From an uncultured Eubacteriales bacterium (GTDB taxonomy: Bacteria; Bacillota; Clostridia; Oscillospirales; JAKOTC01), in contig CAZPLU010000010.1 in the NCBI GenBank assembly GCA_964587625.1, forward strand, positions 2,135 to 66,134: DNA of 64,000 nt, in the 5' to 3' direction. The notes below the pieces were generated by a model. The model worked only from the letters and a program-made list of their open reading frames with translations. It was not told where the DNA came from and made no database searches. Made by a program: the position numbers and the translations under genes. Position 1 is the stretch's first letter; each line of letters starts with the position of its first letter. Positions 1 through 10,479 of the stretch are shown in pieces.

Positions 1-637
1 CCGAGACGGGCAGGGAAGTCCCGTTTTCGAATTCGACTTCCCCGAGACGTTCGTCCCCTTTCAAGGAGATGATCTTATCGGCGATCACGGTGAAATCGCC
101 GAAATCGGCGAGGGTCTTTCCGCCGTTGGTCAAAATCGTCACGCCTGCCGCGATATTTTTAAGTTCTTCGGCTTCTGCAAGGGCATAATCGCCGTTGCCC
201 AGCACCGCGACGCTTTTTCCGCGATAAAAGAACCCGTCGCAAACCGCGCAATAGCTGACGCCCTTTCCCTCAAATTCGGTAAAATTGCGGACATTCGGCG
301 TCGTTCTTTTCGACCCCGTCGCAATCAAAAGCGCTTTCGCATCGTATTCGTCGGCTTTTCCTTTGACTTGGTACGCACCCATATAGCTGATGCCGACAAC
401 TTCGTCCTCCGCAACCTCGATCCCGAGGGTTTGCGCCTGCTCGATGCCGTCCAGATACAGCTTCGCCCCGTTTACCGGACCCGAAAATCCGTAGTAATTG
501 TCAATTTTTTCGGCTTTTTGAAGCGAGCCGCCGCCGCTGTGAATCACGCACACCGACACGCCGGCCCGTTTTGCGTAAAGCGCGGCGGAAATGCCCGCCG
601 GCCCGCCGCCGATGATGACAAGGTCAAAGTTTTTCAT
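1..637 (-). CDS. FAD/NAD(P)-dependent oxidoreductase, thioredoxin-reductase-like (N-terminal ~212 codons; 3' end off-window)
   Basis: Absent from the ORF track because it runs off the left edge. My reverse-strand translation from the ATG at 637-635 gives MKNFDLVIIGGGPAGISAALYAKRAG (GxGxxG fold) and later KGVSYCAVCDGFFYRGK (a CxxC redox pair as in TrxB). The start overlaps the upstream stop (ATGA). Confidence 0.8.
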   Translation of the reverse strand, partial: MKNFDLVIIGGGPAGISAALYAKRAGVSVCVIHSGGGSLQKAEKIDNYYGFSGPVNGAKLYLDGIEQAQTLGIEVAEDEVVGISYMGAYQVKGKADEYDAKALLIATGSKRTTPNVRNFTEFEGKGVSYCAVCDGFFYRGKSVAVLGNGDYALAEAEELKNIAAGVTILTNGGKTLADFGDFTVIADKIISLKGDERLGEVEFENGTSLPVS

Positions 638-1578
638 TGAAACAACCTTTCGGCCAGTTTCGCAATCGCCGCCTCGTTTTTGGGATTCGGCGTTTTTGCG
701 ACTTTTTTCAATACCCATTGCTCGGTGTGGACGCTGCGCTCGTTCGGCAGCATCCCGTTGAGCTCACCGAGCGTCTCCATCTCGATGAACCTTTCGTTGG
801 TGTAGGTCTCGAACGACATGCCGTGGTCGGGATAGACGCCGTGCTTATTGTGTGTAAACTTTTTGACGAAAGCGGTGCCGTTGAGGATATAGGCCGATCT
901 GCCCACGGTGTTGCTGATGCCGAATTTAAAAGCGCCGTCCGGCGTGCCCTCGACACTGCGCAGTGTGATGTAGTCCTTGCCCCAGTACACGCGACTGTCA
1001 GCCATGTTGGTATAGGGCCAGAGTTCGACGGTGCGGTTCGAGAGAAATCCCGTCTGCTCTTTGGGCTGCGGGACGATCTCAAGGCCGTTGGGCGCGAGCA
1101 CCGAAAGCGCCCAGACCGCGATGTTGCGGATGCCGCCGCTGCGGTTGTCGATGATGTTGTTCACTGTGACGATCGGCTTTTTGTTGTCCACGACAAGCTC
1201 CAGAGAAAACTGCAGTCCGAGCGTCGGCGCCGGCTTCGGTTTAAAAGTGAATTGATTCCCGTCGCAAGACCATTCGACCGGCTCGTCCTCAGGCATATAG
1301 GAATAAGGGTATTCCTCCGGTGAGAACCAGATGCGGTGGCCGCCGACGATCTGCCAACATTTGCCCTTTCCGAATGCGGCCTCATAAACCGGGTCATTTT
1401 TTCCGTTGGTAACGGCGCGGTCGTCGTCATTGAACATGATATTTTGCCCGCCGGCAAGCGCTAAATAGATCACGCGCGGTCCGATGTCGACGGTGACCTT
1501 GAGCTCGACGGCGCCGTTGGTGATCGCCACGACTTTTCCGTAGTTTTGATATTCCTCGATTTGATGGGTGACAGCCAT
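634..1578 (-). CDS. Hypothetical protein, possibly mutarotase-like beta-sandwich (DUF4380-type)
   Basis: ORF 634-1647. I moved the start to the ATG at 1578 (MAVTHQIEEY), which lies 6 nt after GGAGGG. The motif GGHRIWFSPEEYPY resembles DUF4380-type proteins, but this family call is from memory only. Confidence 0.55.
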   Translation of the reverse strand: MAVTHQIEEYQNYGKVVAITNGAVELKVTVDIGPRVIYLALAGGQNIMFNDDDRAVTNGKNDPVYEAAFGKGKCWQIVGGHRIWFSPEEYPYSYMPEDEPVEWSCDGNQFTFKPKPAPTLGLQFSLELVVDNKKPIVTVNNIIDNRSGGIRNIAVWALSVLAPNGLEIVPQPKEQTGFLSNRTVELWPYTNMADSRVYWGKDYITLRSVEGTPDGAFKFGISNTVGRSAYILNGTAFVKKFTHNKHGVYPDHGMSFETYTNERFIEMETLGELNGMLPNERSVHTEQWVLKKVAKTPNPKNEAAIAKLAERLFQ

Positions 1579-1643
1579 AAGATCCCTCCGTTTTTTGATG
1601 GGTTCATTATACCGTAAAAATGGGTTTGATTCAAGTGAAAAAA

Positions 1644-2810
1644 TCACATAATTGCCGCCGGTGTCGCCCGATATTCATCTGCGGTTCTGGAGGGATCGGG
1701 CAGGCAGAGCGCATAAATCGAACTCGCTTTTGCCTCGTGCGCAAATGCCCCCGCGCACCTCGGATCCGCGGCGAATTTGGCGCTTTTCGTATAGATCGGC
1801 AGACCGCGCCTCGCGGCGTTTTTGACGATTCCGCCGCCTTTTTGGTTGAACGCAAGCGGCCGGATATAGGGGACAGGAGAGTTTTGCATCTGAGCGGTGA
1901 TTCCCAAATAGGCGTTTAAAACAATTCTTCGAATCCGCGCATGTGTAAATCTTTTTGACTTTACGGCCTCATAAAGCGCCGTTAAATCCGAAACCGATTT
2001 TGCCGCCGCCAAAATCCGGTTTTCAAGTCCCTCTGAGACGTCCGGAACGATGCTCGTCTCTTCGGGCGACATCATGCGCAGCTTGGCGATGACGCCGCGT
2101 TCAAGCCGTAAAAGCGCAGCGGGCGCAAGTCCTTCCGATATCGCCATGTCCAGCCCCGCAGCCATTTCACGGGGGATATATGGTTGATATTCCACGCCGT
2201 TAATCAGCCATTCACGGATCTTTGAAGCCGAGGCGAAACCGCCCTCGGCATCTTGTCCGTCATGCGCCGCGCCAATCCGTTTAACCGCGATATACCGGCA
2301 GCCGGGGATCAACTTTTCCGCGGCTTTGATATACTCGATTGCAAGGGAATTGTTCGCGCCGGAAAGAAGGTCGCTGTAAAGTTTTGCGGCTTTCGCGACC
2401 GCTGTCGGGTAATTGACGCCTTCCGAAATAAAACTTCTCATTTTGTTGTTAAAGTCGTCGCTTGAGAGGTACGCGGCTGCCTTTTTGAGCCGTTCGCCGT
2501 CGCCGCATTCACAGCCGAATCCGACGGTATCGACGCCGAGCCGCGCCATGATACCGACGGCGGCTTCGGCAAACCGCTGTGCGCTGGCAACCGCCCAAGC
2601 GCTAGGCAATTCAATGACCAAGTCAACGCCGCATTCGACCGCTGCGCGGGCGCGTATCCATTTGTCGCAGATCGCGGGTTCTCCGCGTTGCACGAAATTC
2701 CCGCTCATCACGGCGACGATTGCGTCCGCGCCGTTTTTTCGCAGTTCATTCAAATGATAGACATGGCCGTTGTGAAGCGGATTATATTCCGCGGCGACGC
2801 CACAGATCAT
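1644..2810 (-). CDS. tmcAL: tRNA(Met) cytidine acetate ligase (UPF0348/YlbM-type nucleotidyltransferase)
   Basis: ORF 1644-2936, with the start trimmed to the ATG at 2810 after AGGAG. The N-terminus MICGVAAEYNPLHNGHVYHL carries the EYNPxHNGH signature of the YlbM/TmcAL family. Confidence 0.8.
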   Translation of the reverse strand: MICGVAAEYNPLHNGHVYHLNELRKNGADAIVAVMSGNFVQRGEPAICDKWIRARAAVECGVDLVIELPSAWAVASAQRFAEAAVGIMARLGVDTVGFGCECGDGERLKKAAAYLSSDDFNNKMRSFISEGVNYPTAVAKAAKLYSDLLSGANNSLAIEYIKAAEKLIPGCRYIAVKRIGAAHDGQDAEGGFASASKIREWLINGVEYQPYIPREMAAGLDMAISEGLAPAALLRLERGVIAKLRMMSPEETSIVPDVSEGLENRILAAAKSVSDLTALYEAVKSKRFTHARIRRIVLNAYLGITAQMQNSPVPYIRPLAFNQKGGGIVKNAARRGLPIYTKSAKFAADPRCAGAFAHEAKASSIYALCLPDPSRTADEYRATPAAIM

Positions 2811-2840
2811 GCGATCTCCTTTATAAATATCAATTTTCGC

Positions 2841-2869
2841 TTGAATCAGGAGCGGTTTTGTAGTATCAT
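2841..2869 (+). promoter_or_regulatory. Candidate sigma-A promoter for ackA
   Basis: TTGAAT (2841-2846), a 17-nt spacer, then TATCAT (2864-2869), about 80 nt upstream of the ackA ATG. Confidence 0.35.
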
Positions 2870-2951
2870 GGAAATGGCGCTCGAAAGAGCATCTTTTTGT
2901 GATTATAACATATTTTGAAAAATCATTACAACCCAACGGAGGAAAAAATCA

Positions 2952-4151
2952 ATGAAGATTTTGGTGATCAATGCCGGAAGTTCATCAATGAAATTTCAAC
3001 TCATCGACATGACAAACGAATCGGTTTTGGCAAAAGGGATCTGCGACCGCGTCGGACTCGACGGGACATACAAACAAAAAAATGCGGACGGAAAGGCATA
3101 TGAAGTCCAAATCGCCATGCCGACACATGCCGACGCCTTTGAAGTGCTCGTAAGAGCGCTTTCAAAAGGGGAATGCAAGGTGATCGACGAGGTCTCGGAG
3201 ATCTCGGCAGTCGGACACCGTGTGGTACACGGCGGCGAAAAATACAGCCGGTCCGTTCGGTTGGACGAAACGGTCATCGCGGATATCGAAGCGCTGTCCG
3301 AGCTCGCGCCGCTGCATAATCCCGGCGCGGTGCAGGGGATTCGCGGCTGTCTCAAGGTCTTCGGCGACAAACTCCCGCAAGTCGTGGTATTTGACACCGC
3401 TTTTCATCAGACCATGCCGCCCCGGTCCTATTTTTATCCGATCCCGTATGAATATTATGAGGAATATAAAATCCGCCGCTACGGTTTCCACGGCACCTCA
3501 CACCAATATGTCTCCGAACGCTGTGCGATGTTGATGGGTAAAAACATCCGGGACTTGAAAATCGTGACCTGTCATCTCGGCAACGGCTCGTCGATCACCG
3601 CCGTCTCAGGCGGGAAATCCGTCGATACCACCATGGGCATGACGCCGCTTGAGGGCGTGATGATGGGCACGAGGTGCGGCTCGATCGACCCGTCCATTGT
3701 GACCTATTTACAAAAGAAAGAAAATCTCACCCCCGATGAAGTCGATTACATACTGAACAAAAAATCGGGGATCTTGGGTCTCGGCGGCGTCTCGAGCGAC
3801 GACCGCGACAACCGTGCGGCGACCGAAACGGGCAACAAACGCACCAAACAGGCGAGAGAAGTTCAGGTTTTAAGCGTCAAAAAGGCATTGGGCGCGATGG
3901 CGGCAAGCATGGGCGGATTGGACGCGGTGGTCTTCACCGGCGGAATCGGCGAAAACGCCGATACTTTCAGGGCGGGCGTATGCGACGGTTTAGATTATCT
4001 CGGCATCCGCCTTGACCACGCGGCAAACGAAAAGACCCTGTACGGACTCGAGGGCGAAATCTCCGTGTCCGACGGCAAAACCCGCGTCTATGTCATTCCG
4101 ACAAACGAGGAGCTGGTCATCGCAAGGGATACGGCGCGCCTCTCAAAATAA
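2952..4151 (+). CDS. ackA: Acetate kinase
   Basis: 399 aa. MKILVINAGSSSMKFQLIDM at the N-terminus, RYGFHGTSH and IPTNEELVIARD are all typical of AckA. Confidence 0.95.
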   Translation: MKILVINAGSSSMKFQLIDMTNESVLAKGICDRVGLDGTYKQKNADGKAYEVQIAMPTHADAFEVLVRALSKGECKVIDEVSEISAVGHRVVHGGEKYSRSVRLDETVIADIEALSELAPLHNPGAVQGIRGCLKVFGDKLPQVVVFDTAFHQTMPPRSYFYPIPYEYYEEYKIRRYGFHGTSHQYVSERCAMLMGKNIRDLKIVTCHLGNGSSITAVSGGKSVDTTMGMTPLEGVMMGTRCGSIDPSIVTYLQKKENLTPDEVDYILNKKSGILGLGGVSSDDRDNRAATETGNKRTKQAREVQVLSVKKALGAMAASMGGLDAVVFTGGIGENADTFRAGVCDGLDYLGIRLDHAANEKTLYGLEGEISVSDGKTRVYVIPTNEELVIARDTARLSK

Positions 4152-4229
4152 TGCCGGATCATCCTGTTCGGGCTTTACAACAAACGGAATATCGTGTAAA
4201 ATATGTGAAAAGAAGAAGGGGGTGTTCGA

Positions 4230-4943
4230 TTGCAGTTACCCAAATATCGCAGGATCATCATCAAGATCAGCGGCGAGGCGCTCGCGGGGGGACGGGACGG
4301 CGGAATTGACCGGGATACCTTGGAAAAGGTCTGCGAGAGCGTGAAAAAATGCTACGAACTCGGCGTGCAAATCGGGATTGTCGTCGGCGGGGGGAATTTT
4401 TGGCGCGGAAAGAGCAGCGAGCGCATGGAACGCACACGGGCCGACCACATCGGCATGATGGCTACGGTCATGAACGCGTTGGCGATGGCAGACGCACTGG
4501 AGCAGTTGGGCATTGAAGTCCGCGTACAAACCGCGCTCGAAATTCGCGCCGTTGCCGAGCCCTATATCCGCAACCGCGCCGTTCGGCATTTCGAAAAGGA
4601 CCGCATCGTCGTCTTTGGCTGCGGAACCGGAAACCCCTTCTTTTCCACCGATACGGCGGCTTCACTGCGGGCCGCGGAAGTCGGCGCAGAGGTTATTTTA
4701 AAGGCCACCAACACCGACGGTGTCTATGACAGCGACCCCAAAAACAATCCGAACGCCCAAAAATATGACATCATCACGATGTCGGAAGTACTCGCAAAAG
4801 AATTGGATTTCATGGACGCCACGGCTGCCGCAATGTGCAAAGAGAACAAAATACCGGTGATCGTGTTAAATATCGCGGATCCCGAAAACATCCTTCGCGC
4901 CGTGGTCGGTGAAAATGTGGGCACAGAAGTCGTCTGTAACTGA
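4230..4943 (+). CDS. pyrH: UMP kinase
   Basis: 237 aa with a TTG start after GAAGGGGG. YRRIIIKISGEAL and VVGGGNFWRG are PyrH motifs. Confidence 0.95.
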   Translation: MQLPKYRRIIIKISGEALAGGRDGGIDRDTLEKVCESVKKCYELGVQIGIVVGGGNFWRGKSSERMERTRADHIGMMATVMNALAMADALEQLGIEVRVQTALEIRAVAEPYIRNRAVRHFEKDRIVVFGCGTGNPFFSTDTAASLRAAEVGAEVILKATNTDGVYDSDPKNNPNAQKYDIITMSEVLAKELDFMDATAAAMCKENKIPVIVLNIADPENILRAVVGENVGTEVVCN

Positions 4944-4981
4944 AAATGTCAATCATAATACAACGAAAGGCAGTGTGAGAC

Positions 4982-5536
4982 ATGAACGACAACATCAAAA
5001 ATGCCGAGGAACGGATGAAAAAGTCCGTTTCGGCTCTTGAAAACGAACTTGCGACCATACGGGCGGGCCGCGCGAATCCCGCCGTGCTCGACCGCATCAC
5101 CGTGGATTATTACGGCGCTCCCACCGCGATCAATCAAATGGCCGCGATCTCCGTCGCGGAAGCGAGAATTTTGGTCATCCAGCCCTGGGATGCCTCGCTG
5201 TTGAAAAACATCGAAAAAGCCATTCAGACCTCCGATATCGGCATCAACCCCAACAATGACGGCAGGGTCATCCGCATTGTCTTCCCGCCGCTGACCGAAG
5301 ACCGCCGCCGCGATCTCGTCAAGCAGATCGCAAAAAACGCCGAAGAGAGTAAAATTGCCGTCCGCAACATACGCCGCGATACGCTGGAAAAGCTGAAGGC
5401 CATGAAAAAGAGCTCGGAAATCACGGAGGATGATTATGACGACAGTGAAAAAGAAGTCCAGAACCTGACCGATAAATACTGCAAAGAAATCGATGAAATC
5501 GTCGAAAAAAAAGACAGAGAAATCTTGGAGCTTTAA
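4982..5536 (+). CDS. frr: Ribosome recycling factor
   Basis: 184 aa. LATIRAGRANPAVLDRITVDYYG and IRNIRRD are Frr signatures, and the gene sits in pyrH-frr synteny. Confidence 0.95.
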   Translation: MNDNIKNAEERMKKSVSALENELATIRAGRANPAVLDRITVDYYGAPTAINQMAAISVAEARILVIQPWDASLLKNIEKAIQTSDIGINPNNDGRVIRIVFPPLTEDRRRDLVKQIAKNAEESKIAVRNIRRDTLEKLKAMKKSSEITEDDYDDSEKEVQNLTDKYCKEIDEIVEKKDREILEL

Positions 5537-5544
5537 TCAAATTA

Positions 5545-5562
5545 CCCCCTCAAAAGAGGGGG
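5545..5562 (+). terminator. Hairpin after frr (weak terminator or attenuator)
   Basis: CCCCCTC-AAAA-GAGGGGG forms a 7-bp GC stem 9 nt after the frr stop, followed by AGTTGTTT. The U-tract is poor. Confidence 0.35.
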
Positions 5563-5584
5563 AGTTGTTTATGATCCGAATGAA

Positions 5585-6310
5585 GTGATAAAGGACATGG
5601 CGATGTTTAAAAATATCCCGCGCCACATTGCAATCATCATGGACGGAAACGGCAGGTGGGCCAATGCCCGTGCGCTGCCGCGCAGTGCCGGTCACGTCGC
5701 GGGGAGTCAGAATTTTCGTAAAATCGCCCGCCACGCCGAAAAATCCGGAATCAAGCATTTGACGCTTTATGTCTTTTCAACCGAAAATTGGTCGCGCCAA
5801 AAGCAAGAAGTCGACGCTTTGATGCAGCTCTTCGAGTCCTATCTCCGAGAGGCCATTTCGGATTTTGCAAAGGATAACATCATCGTCAATTTTTTCGGCG
5901 ACCGCGCCCCGTTCGGCGAAAAATTGCAAAAACTGATGTCGGATGTCGAAAAGTTAAACGAAGGCAAAGACGGTATGCAGTTGAACCTTGCGATGAATTA
6001 CGGCGGCAAAGCCGAAATTTTGCGGGCGGCGCGTCTGTTGGCGCAGGAAGTCCGGGACGGCCGCTTGCCTTGTCAAGACATCGACGAGAAGGTTTTTGAG
6101 CGTCACCTGTATACAGCCGGTCAGCCGCCGGTAGACCTTTTGATACGCACCGGCGGAGATTTGAGGATTTCGAATTTTTTACTCTGGCAGATCGCTTATG
6201 CCGAGATCACCGTCAGCAAAAAATTTTGGCCCGATTTTACCAAACATGATCTGGATTCGGCAATCGCGGAATACGGCAAACGCGACCGGAGATTCGGCGG
6301 TACAAGGTAA
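5585..6310 (+). CDS. uppS: Undecaprenyl-diphosphate synthase (isoprenyl transferase)
   Basis: Contains the HIAIIMDGNGRWA motif. The start is uncertain: GTG at 5585, ATG at 5597 or ATG at 5603. The ATG at 5603 has the best spacing from AAGGA. Confidence 0.9.
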   Translation: MIKDMAMFKNIPRHIAIIMDGNGRWANARALPRSAGHVAGSQNFRKIARHAEKSGIKHLTLYVFSTENWSRQKQEVDALMQLFESYLREAISDFAKDNIIVNFFGDRAPFGEKLQKLMSDVEKLNEGKDGMQLNLAMNYGGKAEILRAARLLAQEVRDGRLPCQDIDEKVFERHLYTAGQPPVDLLIRTGGDLRISNFLLWQIAYAEITVSKKFWPDFTKHDLDSAIAEYGKRDRRFGGTR

Positions 6311-6337
6311 ACAAACATAAAAAAGGAACAAAAAACG

Positions 6338-7168
6338 ATGAAAAAAAGGTTCATTACGTCGATTGCCTTGGTGATTATCGTCGGAGCGGCGTTTTATGCG
6401 GCGGCTTATAAGGGTTGGGTGTTGGACATCGCCATGTACCTGCTCGCGGTCTTGGCGATCTATGAGTGTCTCAAAGTCATGAAATTGCTGCGTCTGAAAT
6501 TTCTCTCTGGGATGTGTTTTGCATATCCAACGGCGGTCTCGGGTTTGATTTTAACGCAAAACAGCGGTCGAATCGCCGATTGCACCGTCGCTTTTGTGGT
6601 ATTATTCATGTTCTTGGCGGTGATTTATCGGAGCCGTGACCGCGCGAAACTCTCCGCCGTGGCGACGGCCGGTCTGTTCTCGGCCTATGTCACCGCGGGA
6701 TTTTCAATGTTGACTCTGTTGGCAAAACAACATGAGGGCGCGGTCGGCGCGGTGTTGGCGGCGACGGTTATTTTGGGCGCTTGGGCGGGCGATGTGGGCG
6801 GCTGGTTATTCGGCATCACCATGGGCAAGCATAAACTCTGTCCGACCATCAGCCCGAAAAAGACCGTCGAGGGTTTGATCGGCTCGTTGCTCATCTCGGA
6901 AATCGCTTTTGTCGGCATCGCTTTCGTGTCGCGCCTGATCATTCCGGCGCAGCCGCTCGATTGGGTGGTGTTGGCGTGGATCGCACCGTTTGCGGCAGTA
7001 TTCGGGCTGATGGGCGACCTGGTCGCCTCGGTGCTCAAACGCGAGCACAATGTCAAGGACTTCGGCACCATCGTGGTCGGACACGGCGGGATCATGGACA
7101 GATTTGACGGCGTGATCATGGTTTCGATCCTGTTTTTTTTGGTGTCTCGTTTTACGGACTTTTTTTAG
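6338..7168 (+). CDS. cdsA: Phosphatidate cytidylyltransferase
   Basis: 276-aa polytopic membrane protein with the C-terminal signature SVLKREHNVKDFGTIVVGHGGIMDRFD. Confidence 0.88.
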   Translation: MKKRFITSIALVIIVGAAFYAAAYKGWVLDIAMYLLAVLAIYECLKVMKLLRLKFLSGMCFAYPTAVSGLILTQNSGRIADCTVAFVVLFMFLAVIYRSRDRAKLSAVATAGLFSAYVTAGFSMLTLLAKQHEGAVGAVLAATVILGAWAGDVGGWLFGITMGKHKLCPTISPKKTVEGLIGSLLISEIAFVGIAFVSRLIIPAQPLDWVVLAWIAPFAAVFGLMGDLVASVLKREHNVKDFGTIVVGHGGIMDRFDGVIMVSILFFLVSRFTDFF

Positions 7169-7185
7169 GATGAAAGGAAACTGGT

Positions 7186-8334
7186 TTGAAACTGACGATA
7201 CTCGGAAGCACCGGGAGCATCGGTACGCAGGCGCTTGATGTCGCCAAAAAAAAGGGCTGCGAAATCGAGGCGCTGACCGCCGATAAAAACGTCGGACTTG
7301 CCGAACGGCAGGCCCGGGAATTTCGCCCCAAGGTCTTTTGCATGAACGATGTAACGGCGGCGGCAGCGTTGAAAACACGCCTTCGGGACACCGGCGTCAA
7401 AGTCCTCGGCGGTCATGAGGCCGTCTGCGAAACCGCGCAAAGACACGGCGATACGGTGTTGAACGCCATCGTCGGAATCGCCGGCCTGCGCCCCACCATG
7501 GCCGCGATCGCAAAAGGCAGGCGGCTCGCACTGGCAAACAAAGAGAGTTTGGTCACCGGCGGAGCGCTCGTGATGAAGCGCATTCAAGAGACGGGTTGCG
7601 AGTTGATTCCGGTCGACAGTGAACACAGCGCGATTTTCCAATGCATCGGCGGCAATAAAAACCGTTTGAAAAAAATCATTCTCACGGCCTCCGGAGGGCC
7701 GTTTTACGGCAAAAACAAGATCGGACTCGCGCATATAACGGCACAGCAGGCCCTCGCTCATCCCACATGGCGCATGGGGAAAAAAATCACCGTCGACAGC
7801 GCCACGATGATGAACAAGGGTCTTGAAGTCATCGAGGCCTATTGGCTGTTCGGCGTACCGGCCGAGCGGATTGACATTGTGATCCATCCCGGCAGCATCC
7901 TCCACTCGGCGGTGATGTTCGAGGACAATTCGATCATCGCCCAATTGGGATTGCCGGACATGCGCCTGCCCATTCAATATGCGCTGACCTATCCCGAGAG
8001 AGGCGATTTTGAGAGCGCGGCGCCGGATCTTGCCGAAATCGGAACCCTGTCTTTTTCAGCGCCGGACTATGAGACCTTTCCCGCGCCCCTCATTTGCAAA
8101 AAGACGGTGATATCGGATCAAACGGCGGCCTCAACCGCTGCGGCGGTCGTAAACGGCGCAAATGAAGCCGCCGTGGCCTTGTTTTTGGAGGACAATATCG
8201 GATTTTTAACGATCACGGAGCTTGTCAGCGAGGCGGTAGAGCGAATAAAACCCATGCCGATTCATACAATTGAGGATATATTCGACGCGGCCGCGGCCGC
8301 CGGTGAGTTTGTCCGGCATAAATGCGGCGTATAG
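7186..8334 (+). CDS. dxr: 1-deoxy-D-xylulose 5-phosphate reductoisomerase
   Basis: 382 aa with a TTG start. LGSTGSIGTQALDV, LANKESLV and PVDSEHSAIFQC are Dxr motifs. Confidence 0.95.
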   Translation: MKLTILGSTGSIGTQALDVAKKKGCEIEALTADKNVGLAERQAREFRPKVFCMNDVTAAAALKTRLRDTGVKVLGGHEAVCETAQRHGDTVLNAIVGIAGLRPTMAAIAKGRRLALANKESLVTGGALVMKRIQETGCELIPVDSEHSAIFQCIGGNKNRLKKIILTASGGPFYGKNKIGLAHITAQQALAHPTWRMGKKITVDSATMMNKGLEVIEAYWLFGVPAERIDIVIHPGSILHSAVMFEDNSIIAQLGLPDMRLPIQYALTYPERGDFESAAPDLAEIGTLSFSAPDYETFPAPLICKKTVISDQTAASTAAAVVNGANEAAVALFLEDNIGFLTITELVSEAVERIKPMPIHTIEDIFDAAAAAGEFVRHKCGV

Positions 8335-8346
8335 GAGGACACAGAT

Positions 8347-9411
8347 TTGAATATCGTATGGCAAATCATCATCGCGCTGTTGGTTCTCAACCTGCTCGTC
8401 ATTGTCCATGAACTGGGACACTATATCGCGGCGCGTATCTTTAAAATAAAAATCCAGGAATTTTCCGTCGGGATGGGACCGAGGATTTTAAAAATCAAAG
8501 GCAAACACAACCTCTTTTCCGTCAAGGCCTTTCCGATCGGCGGCAGTGTTGCGATGGAGGGAGAGGACGAGGAGAGCGCCGACCCGGACGCTTTTCACCA
8601 AAAAAAGGCCTGGAAACGACTGATCGTCATCATCGCGGGAGCGGTGATGAACTTAATCCTCGGTCTGATTTTGACGAGCATCTTGGTGCTCGGCGAAAAA
8701 GCGCTTCCTTCGCGGACGATCCACGCCTTTTTCGAGGATGCCGTCAGCGTGCAGTCAGGTTTGCGGGAGGGGGATGAACTGCTGAAAATCGACGGTACGC
8801 ACATCTCAATCTATTCCGACGCAATTTATGCCATCATGCGCAACCAGACCGGAGACGCCGAGATTACGGTGCGCAGAAACGGTGAAAAAATCACGCTTGA
8901 AAATGTGAAGTTTCAAACCGATGTGGTCGGGAAGACAACGGTCAGCATGCGCGATTTTTACTTCACCGCCGAACCCAAGACCTTCGGCAACATTGTCAAC
9001 CACAGTTTTTACGGTACGGTGTCTTTGGTCAAAGTGGTCTACCAGTCGCTGTATGACGTCGCAAGCGGAAAATACGGCGCCGACCAGGTCAGCGGTCCGG
9101 TCGGCACGGTCGAGGTGATCGGCGAAGCGGTGTCGCAGGGTCTTGACTCCTTGATCTACCTCGCGGCATTTATCACCGTGAACCTCGGTGTGTTCAATTT
9201 ATTGCCGCTGCCCGCGCTCGACGGTGGCCGTCTGATTTTTATTTTCATCGAGTTGATCAGAGGGAAACCGGTGCCGAAGAAATACGAGGGCACGATCCAC
9301 TTCATCGGTTTCGCGCTGTTGATTGCGCTGATTATATTGGTCACCTTCAATGATATCAAATCGCTGATCTCGCGAAACGCACTTATTATGTTCGGGAATA
9401 TGAGGAATTGA
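8347..9411 (+). CDS. rseP: RIP (site-2) zinc metalloprotease
   Basis: 354 aa with a TTG start 8 nt after GGAGG. HELGHY lies in the first TM helix, there is a central PDZ-like segment, and NLLPLPALDGG is present. Confidence 0.88.
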   Translation: MNIVWQIIIALLVLNLLVIVHELGHYIAARIFKIKIQEFSVGMGPRILKIKGKHNLFSVKAFPIGGSVAMEGEDEESADPDAFHQKKAWKRLIVIIAGAVMNLILGLILTSILVLGEKALPSRTIHAFFEDAVSVQSGLREGDELLKIDGTHISIYSDAIYAIMRNQTGDAEITVRRNGEKITLENVKFQTDVVGKTTVSMRDFYFTAEPKTFGNIVNHSFYGTVSLVKVVYQSLYDVASGKYGADQVSGPVGTVEVIGEAVSQGLDSLIYLAAFITVNLGVFNLLPLPALDGGRLIFIFIELIRGKPVPKKYEGTIHFIGFALLIALIILVTFNDIKSLISRNALIMFGNMRN

Positions 9412-9414
9412 GAC

Positions 9415-10479
9415 ATGCGCAGAATTTGCAAAAAGATCGCCATCGGAAAGATCACCATCGGCGGCGGTGAACGAATCGCCGTCCAATCGATGCTGAACGC
9501 CCGCTATGATGATATTGAGGGAAATATCGGGCAGGCGAAACGCCTTGCGTCCGCCGGCTGTGATATCGTCCGGATCGCCGTCCCGAACATGGAAGCGGTC
9601 AAAACGCTTGCCGCCGTCAAAGAGGCCTGCGACATACCGCTGGTCGCCGATATCCATTTCGACTATAAGCTCGCCCTCGAATCGGTCGCCGCGGGAGCGG
9701 ATAAAATACGGATCAATCCCGGCAACATCGGCTCAAGTGACCGCGTCAAGGCCGTTGCCGACTGCTGTAAAATAAATCATGTCCCCGTTCGAATCGGCGT
9801 CAATTCCGGCTCTTTGGGCAAAGACATCTTGCTTCAATACGGCGGGCCGACGCCGCAGGCGCTTGCGCAGAGCGCACTGTATAATGCCAAACAGCTCGAG
9901 CGGTTTAATTTTGACAACATCGTGATCTCGGTCAAATCGTCCGACGCCAAAGTGACGGTCGAAGCCAACCGGATACTTGCCCGGAGCTGCCGTTATCCGC
10001 TGCATTTGGGTGTGACTGAAGCCGGGACGGAAGAAATGGCGGCGCTAAAGTCCGCGGCGGCAATCGGTTCATTGCTTTTGGACGGCATCGGGGATACCAT
10101 CCGGATATCAATCACCGGGACACTTGAGCGTGAGATTGACGTCGGGAAAAATCTGCTGACCTCGCTCGGAATGTCCGACAGACCGACGGTGATCTCCTGT
10201 CCGACCTGCGGAAGGACAAGAGGTCCGGTGGCGGAATTCACCGAAAAACTGCAGGCGGTCTGCAAAGACATAAAAAAGCCGGTAAAAATCGCGGTCATGG
10301 GCTGCGAAGTCAACGGACCCGGTGAGGCGAGAACCGCCGATATCGGAATGGCATTCGGAAACGGCTGTGCGATTTTATTTCAAAACGGGGAGATCGTCAA
10401 AAAGGGCAGCCCCGACGAAATTTACGGCGAGATCATCAATTGCTTGGAGGACTTAAAAAATGGCTGCAACGCTGAATGA
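9415..10479 (+). CDS. ispG: 4-hydroxy-3-methylbut-2-enyl diphosphate synthase
   Basis: 354 aa. VQSMLN, RINPGNIG and SCPTCGRT are IspG/GcpE motifs. Confidence 0.95.
   Translation: MRRICKKIAIGKITIGGGERIAVQSMLNARYDDIEGNIGQAKRLASAGCDIVRIAVPNMEAVKTLAAVKEACDIPLVADIHFDYKLALESVAAGADKIRINPGNIGSSDRVKAVADCCKINHVPVRIGVNSGSLGKDILLQYGGPTPQALAQSALYNAKQLERFNFDNIVISVKSSDAKVTVEANRILARSCRYPLHLGVTEAGTEEMAALKSAAAIGSLLLDGIGDTIRISITGTLEREIDVGKNLLTSLGMSDRPTVISCPTCGRTRGPVAEFTEKLQAVCKDIKKPVKIAVMGCEVNGPGEARTADIGMAFGNGCAILFQNGEIVKKGSPDEIYGEIINCLEDLKNGCNAE

Noticed and set aside
7165-7977. A 270-aa minus-strand ORF antisense to dxr.
   Set aside because: dxr on the plus strand is unambiguous, and the antisense translation is low-complexity.
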